NCBI RefSeq assembly: GCF_009834535.1
Contig: NC_045697.1
Span: 19,284,001 to 19,348,000, forward strand
Origin: Camelus ferus
Taxonomy: Eukaryota
DNA: 64,000 nt
Direction of reading: 5' to 3'
Positions 61,712 to 64,000 of this stretch are shown in pieces (position 1 is the stretch's first letter; every line of letters begins with the position of its first letter). The notes under the pieces were generated by a model. That model saw only the letters and a program-made list of their open reading frames with translations. It had not been told where the DNA came from and ran no database searches. The translations under genes were made by a program, and so were the position numbers.

Positions 61712-62587
61712 GAGCAGGAATTAAAACTGGGCGCTTGCAATGCAATCAGCTTCATATAACTCCAGATAAATAGACCAAATCAACGTAGACCCAGTGTGCT
61801 TGCTACGCAAATAGAACTTCAACGTAAGTCCCCAGCCTCTCTTTCCAATCAGATTATCACCCCCTACACCCCCCAACCACTGAAATTCCGGAGCCTCCAC
61901 TGGACCCAAATGGGAACGATAGTCTGGTGGAGGAGATAGGGAATTTGTAAACAGCCTCAGTCAAAGTTGGAGTGTAGAAGGGGCTCTAAATGAGGCATGG
62001 GGTCAGTGCTGTAGAGAAGAGAGTGGGCCAAGAGTTTTGACTTGTAATAGATAATATCCAGGAGAGGGTGTGTCTATTGATCCAAAGTAGAGTTTCCTTC
62101 TGGAACAAGAAAGAGGGTAGATAACAGAGGACTGTATTTTGCTGACTTAGTATAAGAGCAACACAGAAACTCACAGAAGTTCGCTTTATCTAAGCCTCAA
62201 GGAAGCAGAACTGCATTCTCTCCTGGAGCGCTTAGGGAAGGGCTCAGCCATCTGGTCACCTTAAACCAGCAGTGAAGAACTTAAGCCTGAGGTTGAGGCT
62301 ACAGATTCATTAGTCGGGAACTAAAGGCTGAAAACTAAGCCGTCTATGTTTGTTCTGGAGCCCCGGCTTGCGACAGGGAGCTAATAGACTCTCCCCATGC
62401 CTCTGTCAAAAAGGGACTTTCCTTCAGAGAAAATGGGGGATTATGTCCCTGGGAGGTTATAGAGCTTCTCTTAGGGAAGGAAGTAAATCAATACTGATGC
62501 TGGCGACAGAATCACATAATTCTGCTGACTTGCTGTGGTGTCTCGAGTATTATCCTGAGAGCCATGGGGATACCCCAGGTGAAGTGC

Positions 62588-62625
62588 TGTGTGTGTGTGT
62601 GTGTGTGTGTGCATGCGTGCGCACG
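62588..62625. repeat. (TG)n microsatellite
   Basis: Directly visible. Confidence 0.93.
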
Positions 62626-62799
62626 TGAGCACTCCTGTGCACACACAGAAAATACAAGAGCGCTCTTTTCACCCTTCCTCTGGCTTCCAGAGCACTTCGT
62701 GTGTTTCTTAACCCCCCGTGACCTTTACTGGGGTTGTCTGTGCACTCTCCATGCCTTCTCTGGCCTGTGAGCACCAAAGGAAAAAGAAAAAACCTTCTA

Positions 62800-63210
62800 G
62801 ATTTTTTTTTATAGTGCTCACTGTGCCAAGCACGCGACTGTGCACTGATTCAGATATACATATGTAAATATTCTTTTTCATTACAGATTATTGTAAGATA
62901 TTGACTATAGTTCCCTGTGCTAAGACCTTGTTTATCTATTTTATATAGAGTAGTTTGTATCTGCTGACTGTAAATTCCTAAATTTATCCCTCCCCCAACT
63001 TTCCCCTTTGGTAACCATAAGTTTGTTTTCTATGTCTGTGAGTCTGTTTTGTAAATAAGTTCATTTGTATCATATTTCAGGTTCCATATGTAAGTGATAT
63101 ATTTGTCTTTCTCTGACTTACTTCACTTAGTGTGATAATCACTAGGTTCATCCAAGATGCTGCAAATGGGATTATTTTATTCTTTTTTATGGCTGAGTAG
63201 TATTCTCTCT

Positions 63211-63267
<57 letters not shown>

Positions 63268-63810
63268 CCACATGTTCTTTATCCAGTCATCTGTCAATGG
63301 ACATATAGGTTGCTTCCATGTCTTGGCTACTGTAAACAGTGCTGCTATGAACATTTGGGTGCATGTACCTTCTCGAATTAGCATTTTCTCCAGATATACA
63401 CTGAGGTGTGAGACTGCTGGATCATAAGGCAACTCTGTTTTTTTAAGGGAACTTCATACTGTTTTACATTCCCACCAACAGTGGCATCTTTAGAATTTTC
63501 TATATATAGCACCATGTCATCTTCAAACAGAGATTGTTTTACTTCTTCCTTTTTCTTTCATTTCTATTTCTTGTCTGACTGCTGTGGTGAGGACTTCCAA
63601 TACTGTGTTGAATAAAAGTGGCAGAAGTGGGCATCCTTGTCTTGTTCTTCTATTGAGATAATCATATGATTTTTATTCTTCAATATCTTAACATGTTATA
63701 TCACACTGATTGATTTGTGGACATTAAATTATCCTTGCATCCCTGGGATAAACCCCACTTGTTCATGATATGTGATCCTTTTAATGTATTGTTGGATTCA
63801 ATTTGATAAT
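62800..63810 (-). mobile_element. LINE-1 3' end joined to deleted ORF2 RT-region pieces; contains (CT)n(GT)n at ~63204-63265
   Basis: ORFs 63077..63271 and 63187..63432(-) give 'PYDPAV..L.VY', 'MFIAALFTVAKTWKQP.CP.TDDWIK' and 'EYYSAIKKNKIIPFAA'. From ~63490 'catgtcatcttcaaacag' (antisense LFxDDM) and 'aggacttccaatactgtgttgaata' are RT-region sequence. Confidence 0.92.
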
Positions 63811-64000
63811 ACAAACTTCGGTTTTCTCTATCTTGTATCTGTCTTGATATTTCAAGTTGTGCTTCTCCTTACAAATCGGGAACTGGTAGATTCTACGTGG
63901 TGCAGAGAGTCAAATTATAGCATCAACTGAGCATCTGCCTTCTCTGCTGTATGCTCTTGGACCTCAGTTTTCTCAGCATTACACCAGTGATAATCATTTC

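Noticed and set aside
1..64000. CRISPR arrays, operons, rRNA or other prokaryote-type systems
   Set aside because: The sequence is clearly mammalian repeat-rich DNA; no regularly spaced direct repeats or dense coding regions are present.

Overview
This window is mammalian non-coding DNA, either a gene desert or a very large intron. A tRNA-derived SINE resembling the camelid Vic-1 family (42610-42826), L1 3' ends of the type seen in cetartiodactyls, and no recognisable Bov-A/Bov-B, PRE-1, Alu or Can-SINE copies point to a camel/alpaca-type genome. I can support no protein-coding gene. The ORF track is explained by chance ORFs, microsatellite translations and decayed L1 ORF2 fragments. Most recognisable features are transposon fossils: MIR, L2, L1, MaLR/ERVL/ERV1 solo LTRs and hAT MITEs, several nested and with readable target-site duplications (TSDs). 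Between them lie repeat-free, motif-dense blocks that look like conserved enhancers. These include a small orphan CpG island at ~15.1-15.9 kb, a TALE-homeodomain palindrome at ~31.87 kb and a near-consensus CTCF site at 22138. I found no convincing previously undescribed biological system; the best leads are these candidate cis-regulatory elements. Repeat family names come from recalled consensus sequences, and most boundaries are approximate (tens of bp) unless a TSD is quoted.
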